A stretch of DNA of 21,045 bases from Candidatus Caldarchaeales archaeon (GCA_039630055.1 JBCNVN010000026.1:1-21045), one strand, 5' to 3'; positions 1-8,666 are shown, counted from the stretch's first letter. Notes: generated by a model not told the origin, from the letters alone. Made by a program: numbers and translations.

Positions 1-1016
1 GTTAGTTCAAGTTTTCCTCTAGAAGCTGCGTCAACAATCCTCTCAAGATTCTTTTCAACCAAGTCGATTATGTATCTTGAACAGATGCATATTGCCTTGA
101 CCCCCTCATCACCCCACAACCTCTCAATATGTGTATAGAGACATCGGCCTCCACATATCTTGAGATAACTACATGAGATGCATGGCTCATCGATGCATGG
201 CTCCCTATCCTCTAGCTCTTCTCTAGTCGCCTCTTTTATACTGCCTATCTGAGACCATTCTTCATAGACTGCGATAGGGCATGAGACTATTCTACCATCG
301 GTTAATATTGTGAAAGACTCTACGCCTGAGCCACATGGAGGATAAGGGCCATCTTCAAATATTCTCTTTAATATTCCTTGAAATGGAGAGATACCATCCA
401 GGAACCCTTCTTCCAGCCTATTTATCCATTCATCCATCAGTTTAGATAAACCGATCTTATATTCTTCTATCCATCTCCATAGATTCCTCCATCTTCTCGT
501 CCAGATGAAGTTAAGCTGCCAGTGGACATGGTTGAATAAGCCTGTTGAGAGAAGATGCTTAACATCTCGATATATCTCGCTATCTTCTGTTATGGTCATT
601 CTGGCCACTATATCTCCCATATAGCCCATCTCTCTAATCTTTCTGATGTTCTCTATGACCTTCCTATAAACTCCTCGACCCCTATTCATATCTGTTATCT
701 CTTCCCCTCCATCTAATGAGACCATTATAGTATCTATTCTATCTAGATAGTGTTTATCTAGTCTGTGTAGGAGGAGGCCATTGGTCTGTATAACCCATTT
801 ACTCGGAGAGATTTTATCCATGATGTATTCTATCTTCTTGAGGTTTAGTAGAGGTTCACCACCATAAAAAGCAATGACATCATCTCTCTCTACTAGATTC
901 TCTAGATAATCTAGAGAATAATTTATACTCCATGGAACTATCTCCGGGTTGAAGCTTCCACCACAATAACTACATTTAAGATTACATCTACCAGTAGTAT
1001 AGATAATGAAAAGCAT
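1..1016 (-). CDS. Radical SAM/SPASM-type protein (resembles the archaeal TIGR04084/AF0577 family); 3' end runs off the window
   Basis: Absent from the ORF track because it is truncated; translated by hand from ATG at 1016: MLFIIYTTGRCNLKCSYCGG (CxxxCxxC), FYGGEPLL, IQTNG, SLDG, and a C-terminal Cys cluster (EPCISCSSYLKICGGRC). No stop before base 1. Confidence 0.9.
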   Translation of the reverse strand, partial: MLFIIYTTGRCNLKCSYCGGSFNPEIVPWSINYSLDYLENLVERDDVIAFYGGEPLLNLKKIEYIMDKISPSKWVIQTNGLLLHRLDKHYLDRIDTIMVSLDGGEEITDMNRGRGVYRKVIENIRKIREMGYMGDIVARMTITEDSEIYRDVKHLLSTGLFNHVHWQLNFIWTRRWRNLWRWIEEYKIGLSKLMDEWINRLEEGFLDGISPFQGILKRIFEDGPYPPCGSGVESFTILTDGRIVSCPIAVYEEWSQIGSIKEATREELEDREPCIDEPCISCSYLKICGGRCLYTHIERLWGDEGVKAICICSRYIIDLVEKNLERIVDAASRGKLEL

Positions 1017-1043
1017 CTCTAGCATTATTAAGATCGAAGAGCT

Positions 1044-1051
1044 TATATAAA
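1044..1051 (-). promoter_or_regulatory. Archaeal TATA box (TTTATATA) of the radical SAM gene
   Basis: Minus-strand TTTATATA ends about 27 nt upstream of the ATG at 1016, typical spacing for a leaderless or short-leader archaeal transcript. Confidence 0.6.
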
Positions 1052-1214
1052 GATAGACCTAAAATCTACGGCGCCAGCTCTTCTCCGACCACATCTTAAA
1101 ACCTAGAATACAAAAAAGCTAGAAGATAAAGTTGGGGAAAACAGACATAATACTAAAAAATCGTTATATCGAAGGATGAAAAATAAATAATAGTATACGA
1201 GAAAGAATATGAGA

Positions 1215-1288
1215 GCCGGCGTAGCTCAGCCTGGTAGAGCAGCGGGCTGTTAACCCGTTGGTCGGTGGTTCAAATCCACCCGCCGGCG
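1215..1288 (+). tRNA. tRNA-Asn (anticodon GTT), intron-less, CCA not encoded
   Basis: Acceptor stem GCCGGCG/CGCCGGC plus discriminator G; D-arm GCTC..GAGC; anticodon arm GCGGG-CTGTTAA-CCCGT; T-arm GGTGG-TTCAAAT-CCACC. Confidence 0.97.
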
Positions 1289-1786
1289 TATAGGTAAGTG
1301 GATAACAATAAAATTTAAATACTATTTCTATTTCAGCCCTATGCCTTAATGCGGCTCTGAATATTCTCTCAACGATAAACACTATTCATACACGATCCGT
1401 ACCACCTCTCAATTGTATAGATAGATTAGAGCTGTAGTATGACTTTTATCAAGAGCATCGTTTGGAACACTGATAGTAATGGATTGATGGGAGCGGTAGT
1501 GATAACTTATATTGATGAGAAGAGTAGGAGAGCTATCAAGACATTGCCGAGCCCCCATCTAATCAAAAATAATAGAATAACATGGTGAATCTTTCCCTCC
1601 TAATCTTCCCCAATCTCTATACATGAAAATATTGAAGGTGAGATGGTTAAGGATACTAGATACTCGAGACTAAAATATCATGCATGCCTCAGATATTTCG
1701 AGCCATTTTAACATACTGAATATATAATTTTTTAGTTTTTATATATTTGATGGAGATTGAATTGATTCTAGAATCAATTTAAACTT

Positions 1787-1794
1787 TTTATATA
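1787..1794 (+). promoter_or_regulatory. TATA box (TTTATATA) upstream of the DUF350-like gene
   Basis: Consensus archaeal TATA ending about 22 nt before the ATG at 1817, preceded by an A-rich BRE-like tract. Confidence 0.55.
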
Positions 1795-1816
1795 GGGCTT
1801 GAGAATCTAATATGAA

Positions 1817-2368
1817 ATGAGCTCATGGATAAGTAGCTTAATAGATGTGGGGATAGGCATTGTCCAGCTGATCTTGGGTGTAGCTCTCGCCTTATTCAGT
1901 ATAACGATAGCCTTAAACGTTCTCGATAGAACTACGAAGGGATTGAATGAGTTCGAAGAACTGAGGAAGAAGAATCTAGCTGTAGCAGTATATATTGCCG
2001 GAGTCCTGATAGCTGTTGGAAATGTTGTCGGGCAAGCGGTCTCAGGTATAAGTAAAGCGGTAGTACCGGGAGGATTCAATCTTGCAGCCTTGATCGGAGG
2101 AATAATACAACTGTTTATAGGTCTCCCATTAGCCATAGCGATAATAGTCTGGGCGCAGTCAAAGGTATACCGCTGGCTTGTCAAAGCAGCTGAGAAGCTA
2201 CCGGGAGTAGATATAAAAGAATTCGACCTGGTTAAAGACTTGAAAGATGGGAATATCGCTACAGCAGTAGTACTCTTTGGAACATTCTTCGCAATCTCAC
2301 TGATAGCCAGCCAGGGTGTAGCCTACCTCTCCGAACCTATAGCCTCAGCAATACTGAGACTAATATAA
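1817..2368 (+). CDS. DUF350-like integral membrane protein (internal duplication, about 4 TM helices)
   Basis: Two repeats of hydrophobic helix + 'EELRKKNLAVAVY' / 'KDLKDGNIATAVV' + hydrophobic helix, the characteristic DUF350 pattern. Confidence 0.75.
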   Translation: MSSWISSLIDVGIGIVQLILGVALALFSITIALNVLDRTTKGLNEFEELRKKNLAVAVYIAGVLIAVGNVVGQAVSGISKAVVPGGFNLAALIGGIIQLFIGLPLAIAIIVWAQSKVYRWLVKAAEKLPGVDIKEFDLVKDLKDGNIATAVVLFGTFFAISLIASQGVAYLSEPIASAILRLI

Positions 2369-2655
2369 CAGTATTAATCATTCATTAGACCATCATGGTT
2401 AAACTCCATAAATCCCATCCAAAGTCTGGATCTATACTGTCTACTCTAATATTCCTTTTTTTTCTCGGGCCACGGATACGTTAAATATGCTTGAAAAACT
2501 CGGGATGGATAATCGATATATAATTACTTTGTAGGGGTTTAGCTGAATCTTTCCAGGTTAAAAATTTTTGAAGAAGGCTTTAACGATTTATAGATGAAGG
2601 GTTAAGACTCTGGAAGACAGGGCTATCCAACTCAACCTCTAAAACATTTTTATTC

Positions 2656-3237
2656 TTAGAGGTCTTCACTCTTCTTCTCCTCTACACTCTTCCCTATCTG
2701 TGATTGTGCCTCAAGTATAGATCTTAGCAGCTCCTTGGGCTCCAGCTCCACTTTCGACCTCCATCCAATCGTTAACATGTCCTCCTCAGATCTATTAATG
2801 TAACCTCTTGCTACCGCTCTATCAAGATATGCTTCCACCTTCCATCTTGGAAGCTTCGACTCCAAGACCTCCATGACATCTCTCAACGGTGTCTTCCCAC
2901 CTCTACTAAATATTATCGATAGGGTGACTGCAAGGACCGCCACCTCGTCTATCCTATACTCTGAGGTTACAAGATCTGACATGGTTAGAGGATGGATAAG
3001 AGTTATGTAGAATTTAGCTCTATCTAGGTCTTGGCTAGACTCATCTTCAAATACCGTCTTTATCTGTAGTCCAATCTCATTCAACTTATGGTTCAACAGC
3101 TCAAGTATCTTCATATAGTTTTTTCCTAGCCTATTCTTCAGCTCCCAACCTCTTACCCCAGGATTTCTATGGCTTCTAAAAAGTAACATAGTCGCAGCAA
3201 TCATTAATTTTCTAGAAATCTTCTCTTCTCCACTCAT
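2656..3237 (-). CDS. Putative KITE subunit (tandem winged helix; Nse1/Nse3-MAGE/ScpB-like) of an SMC complex
   Basis: 193 aa with two predicted WH modules. The C-terminal 'YLDRAVARGYI...LTIGWRSKVEL' resembles the Nse1/Nse3 'GPR(A)xxE' wing motif. ATGA overlap with the upstream kleisin stop. Confidence 0.65.
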   Translation of the reverse strand: MSGEEKISRKLMIAATMLLFRSHRNPGVRGWELKNRLGKNYMKILELLNHKLNEIGLQIKTVFEDESSQDLDRAKFYITLIHPLTMSDLVTSEYRIDEVAVLAVTLSIIFSRGGKTPLRDVMEVLESKLPRWKVEAYLDRAVARGYINRSEEDMLTIGWRSKVELEPKELLRSILEAQSQIGKSVEEKKSEDL

Positions 3238-3995
3238 CTTCTCCTCCCCAAGCTTATAACAAGTGATGCTGCATTCTTTCTAGGGATTCTAGTATTGTTC
3301 GGTAGAAGTCTTATCTCATTCTTTAGAGGGTCCCTCTTCACCTCTACATAGCCTTCCGTTATCAAGAAGCTTAGAGTATATGCTCTATCATAGGTTTCTT
3401 CTAGACTCTCTCTAGATACAAACCTCCAGTAATCTACCTCGCCCAGCTCACCTGCTTCTTCAACTAGTTCTCGAAATATCTTCTTCATCTTCTCCTCCAT
3501 CTCCTCCCTCTCCCTCTCTAAAGCGATACGGTAGAGTTCACTCTCCCTATCTGTAAGTCTCCATCCATACTTCTTCTCATCTCTCCTAGGTGGAAGGCTC
3601 AGGAAATGTTCTATCCCATGCTGTAATCTATGGGGGGTCAGCTGACCGATGGATACTATTGGGAACCATGCTTTTAAGAATGCTTGGACTATGGTCTTCT
3701 TATCAAGCATAGCTAGACGAGAAACGATCATCTGGGAGTCTATGAAGAGTGATCTAGCCTTATCGATGAGCCACCTGTTCTGGAGAGCTATTATCATAGC
3801 GATTCTGTAAAGCGTCTCTGCATCTAGTGTATAATGCTCTAAGTTGGGGTTATCTTCAAGCATCTTTCTAAGCCTGCGTAATAAGTCCTTGACATCTACG
3901 GTGAACGGGTCTATCCCCCTCTTCTCAATATTTTCACATACCGAGATTATCCTTTCAATCTCTTCTCGACTATATGACTTAACCATCTTATCCAT
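3234..3995 (-). CDS. Putative kleisin (ScpA-like)
   Basis: N-terminal 'GIDPFTVDVKDL' matches the archaeal ScpA 'IDPWDIDI' motif; C-terminal WH 'EEKMKKIF...VDYWRFV...AYTLSFLITEGYVEV...EIRL'. Start re-assigned to ATG 3995 (MDKMVK), which overlaps the SMC stop, rather than 4046. Confidence 0.75.
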   Translation of the reverse strand: MDKMVKSYSREEIERIISVCENIEKRGIDPFTVDVKDLLRRLRKMLEDNPNLEHYTLDAETLYRIAMIIALQNRWLIDKARSLFIDSQMIVSRLAMLDKKTIVQAFLKAWFPIVSIGQLTPHRLQHGIEHFLSLPPRRDEKKYGWRLTDRESELYRIALEREREEMEEKMKKIFRELVEEAGELGEVDYWRFVSRESLEETYDRAYTLSFLITEGYVEVKRDPLKNEIRLLPNNTRIPRKNAASLVISLGRRR

Positions 3996-5745
3996 CGATC
4001 CTACCCACCTGAGATCTGCCGCTAACATTCTGAACAACCAGAACATTCACGTTTTCATCTATTGGAAGCTTTCCAGGAGTTATTATAAAGTACTGTGATT
4101 CAGGTGACTCCTCGGCAGAGGCCACGATAAGCTTAACCATCCTCTCCCTATTTAATGGGTCTAGATGGACATCGAACTCATCTACCGCTCTAAAGGGCGA
4201 CTTGACATAGTTCTGAAGAGCTAGCAAGAATGCGAGTGTGGCCACGATCCTCTCTCCACCGCTAAGAGTATATGCATCCAGTAATACAGGCTCGGAGCTT
4301 CTAAACCCTACATACAATTCTATAAGGGCTTCTTCTGGATCTTCCAGCCTTCTTAAAACCACTTTCCCAGTACCGTTTACATGGGATAAAATCGCGTTAT
4401 ATCTATGCTCTACTTCTTCTATTACACTTCTCAGAAAGTTTCTCCAATTCTCTTTTCTATGCTCTACTTCTTCAAGTGCTTTCTTAAGATTTTCTTCAAC
4501 TTGATGGGATTTTACCTCTGTCTCCCTATATCTTGCATCCGCTATCAAGAACATGTCTTCAGCATCTTGAGAGACCTCACCTAGAGAAGCGATCTTTAAC
4601 GTTACGGTCTTTAGATCTTCAGCTATCTCCGATGCTTTTCTTACCTTTGTAGGTCTCTCACCCATGGATAGAGCTCTGGCCATCTTCTCTTTCTTCAAGA
4701 CTTCAAGCTTACTTATCTCTGAATCGATCTTCTTGATCGCGCTCTCATTCATCTCAAGCTTGTACCTTCCTATAGCTTCCGCTACATATTCATCGATGGT
4801 TGATTCCAGCCTCTTCTCGAATTCTTCTAGAGAGACATGGGTCTTGAACAACTCTATCAATTCTTCTCTCAATCTTCTAGCCTCTTCTGAATGATATTCT
4901 ACTTCTCCCCTAATCCTCAACCCTTCGATCTTGAGAGATTCTTTCCTTTCCTGTAACCGGTTGACATCATCTTCAACTTCTTGAACTTCAGCCCATGCAA
5001 GCTCAACCTCAAGACTCTTCTTCTGTTCTTCAAGCATCTTCTTCTTTACAAGCTTCTCATACTCTTCCCTCCAATACTCTACCGCAGCCTTTGCTTCTTC
5101 AAGTGATCTTTTAAGAGTCTGTGCTTCAGAGACTGTATTCTTCATTTTCTCTTCAGCTTCTATTATTCTACGTCTAAAATGTGATGCTCCTATTGCATCT
5201 TCAACCATCTTAAGCTTCTCAACGTTGCTCTTCGCTGCAAACTGTTCTATCATATTCTGGTGCATGATTATCAGCATATTGTTCGGATTTATACCAAGCT
5301 GTTGGAGAAGATGCTCAACTTCAGCTTTTGTCTTGAATCTATTATTTACGTAATGCCAGTAGTCTCCATTCTTCTTGATATATCTCGTTATTACTAGCTG
5401 GTCAGAGTTGATCCATGGTATAGGCCTCTCACCATCTACATCTCTATTATCAAAGACTATGGATACTCTGGCAGATTCTTCACCTCTTCTGATAAGGTCG
5501 CTAAGCCTCTGGCTTCTCTCAGTATATGTCTGACCTAGTGCCACGGCTATCCCTAGAAGTATGCTTGATTTTCCCGCCCCATTCGGCCCCGTAACTATAT
5601 TTATCCTAGGACTTAGTGGTATCCTAGAATACTCATGACTCATAAAGTTCTCTAGAATTACTTCACGTATGTAGGTCTTCCTAGATACCGTCTTCTCTCT
5701 AACAGCTTCAGCAGAACTCTTAGATGTACCCATTCTATAATCCAT
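3988..5745 (-). CDS. Short SMC-family ATPase with SMC5/6-like heads (coalescin/ClsN-like), no recognisable hinge
   Basis: LENFMSH, Walker A GPNGAGKS, Q-loop IMHQ, about 250 aa heptad-rich middle, signature LSGGE, Walker B/D-loop PFRAVDEFDVHLD, terminal QYFIITP. A TATAAA box lies about 25 nt upstream of the ATG at 5745. Confidence 0.9.
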   Translation of the reverse strand: MDYRMGTSKSSAEAVREKTVSRKTYIREVILENFMSHEYSRIPLSPRINIVTGPNGAGKSSILLGIAVALGQTYTERSQRLSDLIRRGEESARVSIVFDNRDVDGERPIPWINSDQLVITRYIKKNGDYWHYVNNRFKTKAEVEHLLQQLGINPNNMLIIMHQNMIEQFAAKSNVEKLKMVEDAIGASHFRRRIIEAEEKMKNTVSEAQTLKRSLEEAKAAVEYWREEYEKLVKKKMLEEQKKSLEVELAWAEVQEVEDDVNRLQERKESLKIEGLRIRGEVEYHSEEARRLREELIELFKTHVSLEEFEKRLESTIDEYVAEAIGRYKLEMNESAIKKIDSEISKLEVLKKEKMARALSMGERPTKVRKASEIAEDLKTVTLKIASLGEVSQDAEDMFLIADARYRETEVKSHQVEENLKKALEEVEHRKENWRNFLRSVIEEVEHRYNAILSHVNGTGKVVLRRLEDPEEALIELYVGFRSSEPVLLDAYTLSGGERIVATLAFLLALQNYVKSPFRAVDEFDVHLDPLNRERMVKLIVASAEESPESQYFIITPGKLPIDENVNVLVVQNVSGRSQVGRIDG

Positions 5746-5980
5746 TCTAAAGACTAGTTATCAAAGGTCTTTATATGTTACTATGAACATCAATATGCAG
5801 TTCATCTATAGTCTTTATTGAATTAATAAATCTTTCCCATCAAGGTTTTTAAAAAACATGGGATATACACTCATCTTAAACTCCAGCACATTGCCTCTAA
5901 TCCGTATTTTACCATTCTTTAGAAGGAAGGTAAAATAGGGGTTTTTGGCCATTCTTTCCAGATGGAGTGACTGGAAGTAT

Positions 5981-6415
5981 ATGGTCAAGATCGAGGTAAA
6001 GACGACCCTTGAACGTTTTAGACAGTTCATAATACTAAATACATGTAAATCTTTTATTCCTCCCAACTATCTTAAAGACCCGAGTATCTTCCCTGAAAGA
6101 GACCAATCCCAAGGCTTAATATATATCGAAGCAGTATCAAAGATCGATTTAGACACGATCAGAAATATAAAGTTCACTAAAGCTACAGAAGTTCTCGGAG
6201 TAATCTATAGATCTAAGAGTGGAAATACGGATCTTAGATGGAGGCAGATAAAAGGAGTTGTTGGAAAAATTGTTGGTGAGGCTTCTCCAAACTCGATTGT
6301 AAACATGATTGAAGCAGGGATCTTAGATAGAGGCTCAATAAAGAAGATGCTTGAACAATTTACATCTCAGTCGGCCCAGCAGAAAGACCTAGAATTAGAC
6401 GAAAAGATAAATTAA
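5981..6415 (+). CDS. Conserved archaeal hypothetical protein, divergent from the SMC operon
   Basis: Protein-like alpha/beta composition. ATG 5981 (MVKIEVKTT) preferred over TTG 5945. No recognisable catalytic motif. Confidence 0.75.
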   Translation: MVKIEVKTTLERFRQFIILNTCKSFIPPNYLKDPSIFPERDQSQGLIYIEAVSKIDLDTIRNIKFTKATEVLGVIYRSKSGNTDLRWRQIKGVVGKIVGEASPNSIVNMIEAGILDRGSIKKMLEQFTSQSAQQKDLELDEKIN

Positions 6416-6463
6416 CAATATCTCATTATGTAATGCTCTCCCAGAGAATAAGAACCTATATAG

Positions 6464-6979
6464 CTATACGTTTCTTAGTTTTGCTCGGCATTTCTCACAA
6501 AGCTCCCAAGATTTATAGTCTGTATCACCTATCCAGTTACTGAAAGCCATCACACACCTCCTATTACTACAGTGGGTTAGATTATGTAGGTGACCAACCT
6601 CATGAACAGCCTCTTTAAGAGATCTCTCTATAAACAGTTTATGATCTGGGTCTTGACCATAGAATTCTTGCCTCAATCTATAGGTAGAGATTACTGCAAC
6701 CTTCTGCCAAGCAAGACCGAAGATGTAATTAAATCCTGAAGCATAGATATCTTCTCCAACGATGAGTAGTAAGTATTCATCTTCTCTACGTTCTCCACTA
6801 TAGATCTCGATAAGCTTCCATGCATCATATTGTTTTCTCCTACTGTTAAAACACTTATAGTTTAAGATCTCTCCCCTCTCTATAACGATATCTAGATTAT
6901 AAATTTCTCCCAATACTCGTGCTAAGACTTCAAACATCTCTCTATCATCTAGCTCAGATATAATTCTAATCTTCTTCAA
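6464..6979 (-). CDS. amzA: Archaemetzincin (peptidase M54) zinc metalloprotease
   Basis: HEVGHLHNLTHC zinc motif, CVM Met-turn, C-terminal CEKC, plus RKQYDA and NYIFG motifs; TTG start. Confidence 0.9.
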   Translation of the reverse strand: MKKIRIISELDDREMFEVLARVLGEIYNLDIVIERGEILNYKCFNSRRKQYDAWKLIEIYSGERREDEYLLLIVGEDIYASGFNYIFGLAWQKVAVISTYRLRQEFYGQDPDHKLFIERSLKEAVHEVGHLHNLTHCSNRRCVMAFSNWIGDTDYKSWELCEKCRAKLRNV

Positions 6980-7136
6980 TGAAACTCTACTACATGATTA
7001 GCTAGACGATTAGATATAAACTATATTATTCATCCCATCCTTTTATTAAAATTTTTAATTTACCGCACCAACCCTCCAGACAAGAGAGATCTAAATTTTT
7101 TAAATACTGATTAAGTACTTATTCTGTGGTATAGAT

Positions 7137-8168
7137 ATGGGGAAGAAGGCAGCTCTTATTAAGGGTGATGGTGTAGGGCCAGAGTTGACAGCATGTGCTT
7201 TAACAGTTCTCGAGGCTGTCAATACAGAGATAGAGCTTATCCCTGTAGATGCAGGATATGATTGGTGGCTTCAACACGGTGGACCATCTCTCATACCTCC
7301 TGAAACATGGAAGGTGATCAAAGAAGTAGACGCGGTCATTAAAGCTCCTACAACCACTCCTGCAGAATCTGGAGCGCCTAGAAGCGTGGCCGTAAGTATC
7401 AGACAAGCATTAGACCTTTATGCGAATATTAGACCTATAAAGACTTATAGAGGTCTTCCCAGCCCATATGGAGAATTAGATTTCATATGTGTTAGAGAGA
7501 CTACTGAGGGTCTCTATAGTGGGATAGAGCATAGGCTTACACCAGATGTTGCTATAGCGGTTAGAAAGATTAGTAGGAGACAGTCGGAGAGGGTTGCTAG
7601 GAGAGCTTTCGAGTTGGCGAGAGAAAGAGGATGGAAGAAGGTGATAGTTGTTACCAAGAGGAATATAATGAGAGAGTGTGATGGAATATTCATAGAATCC
7701 GTAGACAAGGTTTCAAAAGATTTTCCAGGAATAACTTATGAAGAGTACTATATCGATAATATGGCTCAGCAGTTGGTGAAGAATCCAGATAGATTTAACC
7801 AGAACATAATTCTCGGAACCAATCTATTTATGGATATAATCAGTGAGGAAGCCTCGGGACTTATAGCGAGTATAGGGATGATATATTCTGGAAACTTTGG
7901 AGATGAGAAGGCCATGTTCGAGCCGGCTCATGGAAGCGCTCCAAAATATAAGGGGCAGGACAAAGTCAACCCGACGGCCATGATACTATCAGCGGCATGG
8001 GCCATAGAGTATCTTGGAGAGAAAGAAAAATCTAGAGCAATATTCCAAGCCGTTGAAGATGTTATAGCTGAAGGCAAGATAGTTACATATGACTTGAAGG
8101 GTAATGCTAAGTCTTCTGAGATGGCTAAAGCTATAGCTGAGAGAGCAGCGAAGCTACTTAGACGCTAG
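7137..8168 (+). CDS. Isocitrate/isopropylmalate dehydrogenase family protein, most likely NADP-dependent isocitrate dehydrogenase
   Basis: GDGVGPE, KAPTTTP, RSVAVSIRQALDLYANIRP, RETTEGLYSG, FEPAHGSAPKYKG (the KY pair indicates NADP preference), TYDL. TTTAAATA box at 7099-7106. Confidence 0.85.
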   Translation: MGKKAALIKGDGVGPELTACALTVLEAVNTEIELIPVDAGYDWWLQHGGPSLIPPETWKVIKEVDAVIKAPTTTPAESGAPRSVAVSIRQALDLYANIRPIKTYRGLPSPYGELDFICVRETTEGLYSGIEHRLTPDVAIAVRKISRRQSERVARRAFELARERGWKKVIVVTKRNIMRECDGIFIESVDKVSKDFPGITYEEYYIDNMAQQLVKNPDRFNQNIILGTNLFMDIISEEASGLIASIGMIYSGNFGDEKAMFEPAHGSAPKYKGQDKVNPTAMILSAAWAIEYLGEKEKSRAIFQAVEDVIAEGKIVTYDLKGNAKSSEMAKAIAERAAKLLRR

Positions 8169-8666
8169 GTTGTCAGGTCTTCTCTTCAATCTAGTTCCAC
8201 AGATTGGGCAGTCCCCTCCTCTAAATACTCCATCAACCCATCCACAGCTAGGACAGTAAGCGATCCATCTAATCTTCCCAGTTATACCCTTATGTATAAT
8301 CTTTACCACATCGATATCGAGTGTGAGAGCTATATTCTGGATAGAGTAGTCTGCAGATACTAGGAATGGACGCCAACCCCTCTCTCTAAATTCAATGGCG
8401 AGAGCTAAGAGCTTTATATCGGCTTCAGATAAGTATCTTTCACCCATCTCATCCATCTTCTTCTTGACCGAGTCGACATATTCTTGGGCGGGTTCGACTA
8501 TAGTTGCACCCGCTCCCTCTCTTATCGCGGTTGCTCTATAAGGTGCAGCCCCACCATACTTTACCTCATCGACAACTTCTTTACATGTTATCTGTAAATC
8601 TTCAGATGATGAGAAACCGGATATTATAGCTGAGGCATCGAGAACATAGACTCTCTTCTTCTCCAT
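8154..8666 (-). CDS. nob1: Nob1-family rRNA maturation endonuclease (PIN domain + Zn ribbon)
   Basis: YVLDASAII, LSEADIKLLALA, SADYSIQN, CPSCG...CPICG. Its 3' end overlaps the convergent dehydrogenase gene by 15 bp. Confidence 0.9.
   Translation of the reverse strand: MEKKRVYVLDASAIISGFSSSEDLQITCKEVVDEVKYGGAAPYRATAIREGAGATIVEPAQEYVDSVKKKMDEMGERYLSEADIKLLALAIEFRERGWRPFLVSADYSIQNIALTLDIDVVKIIHKGITGKIRWIAYCPSCGWVDGVFRGGDCPICGTRLKRRPDNLASK

Noticed and set aside
1164-1382. 72-aa minus-strand ORF
   Set aside because: Runs antisense through tRNA-Asn; its middle (PAGGFEPPTNGLTARCST) is the typical tRNA shadow translation.
1215-1816. Integrated element at tRNA-Asn
   Set aside because: No integrase, and no duplicated tRNA 3' end (att site) noticed elsewhere in the window; downstream genes look like core genes.
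1807-2184. Antisense ORF over the DUF350-like gene; likewise 3844-4098, 4238-4504, 4664-4894, 7200-7406, 7514-7708, 8816-9274, 9278-9535, 9822-10052, 10173-10427, 10967-11164, 11918-12112, 14269-14502, 14679-15065, 16145-16345, 16734-16967, 18001-18201, 18427-18786, 19005-19205 and 19501-19716
   Set aside because: Shadow ORFs opposite well-supported genes, mostly Ser/Ile/Phe-rich and lacking motifs.
3996-4046. ORF-track N-terminal extension of the kleisin (MFWLFRML...)
   Set aside because: Would overlap the SMC gene by 59 bp; ATG 3995 (or 3986) gives a normal coupled junction.
2656-5745. Wadjet (JetABCD), Lamassu or Mre11-Rad50 assignment for the SMC operon
   Set aside because: No Toprim nuclease, effector or Mre11 phosphoesterase gene adjacent; no zinc hook; head motifs are SMC5/6-like; the context is housekeeping rather than a defence island.
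5815-6066. 83-aa minus-strand ORF upstream of the SMC gene as a fourth subunit
   Set aside because: Overlaps the better plus-strand gene head-to-head, has no motif, and the SMC gene has its own TATA box at about 5770-5775.
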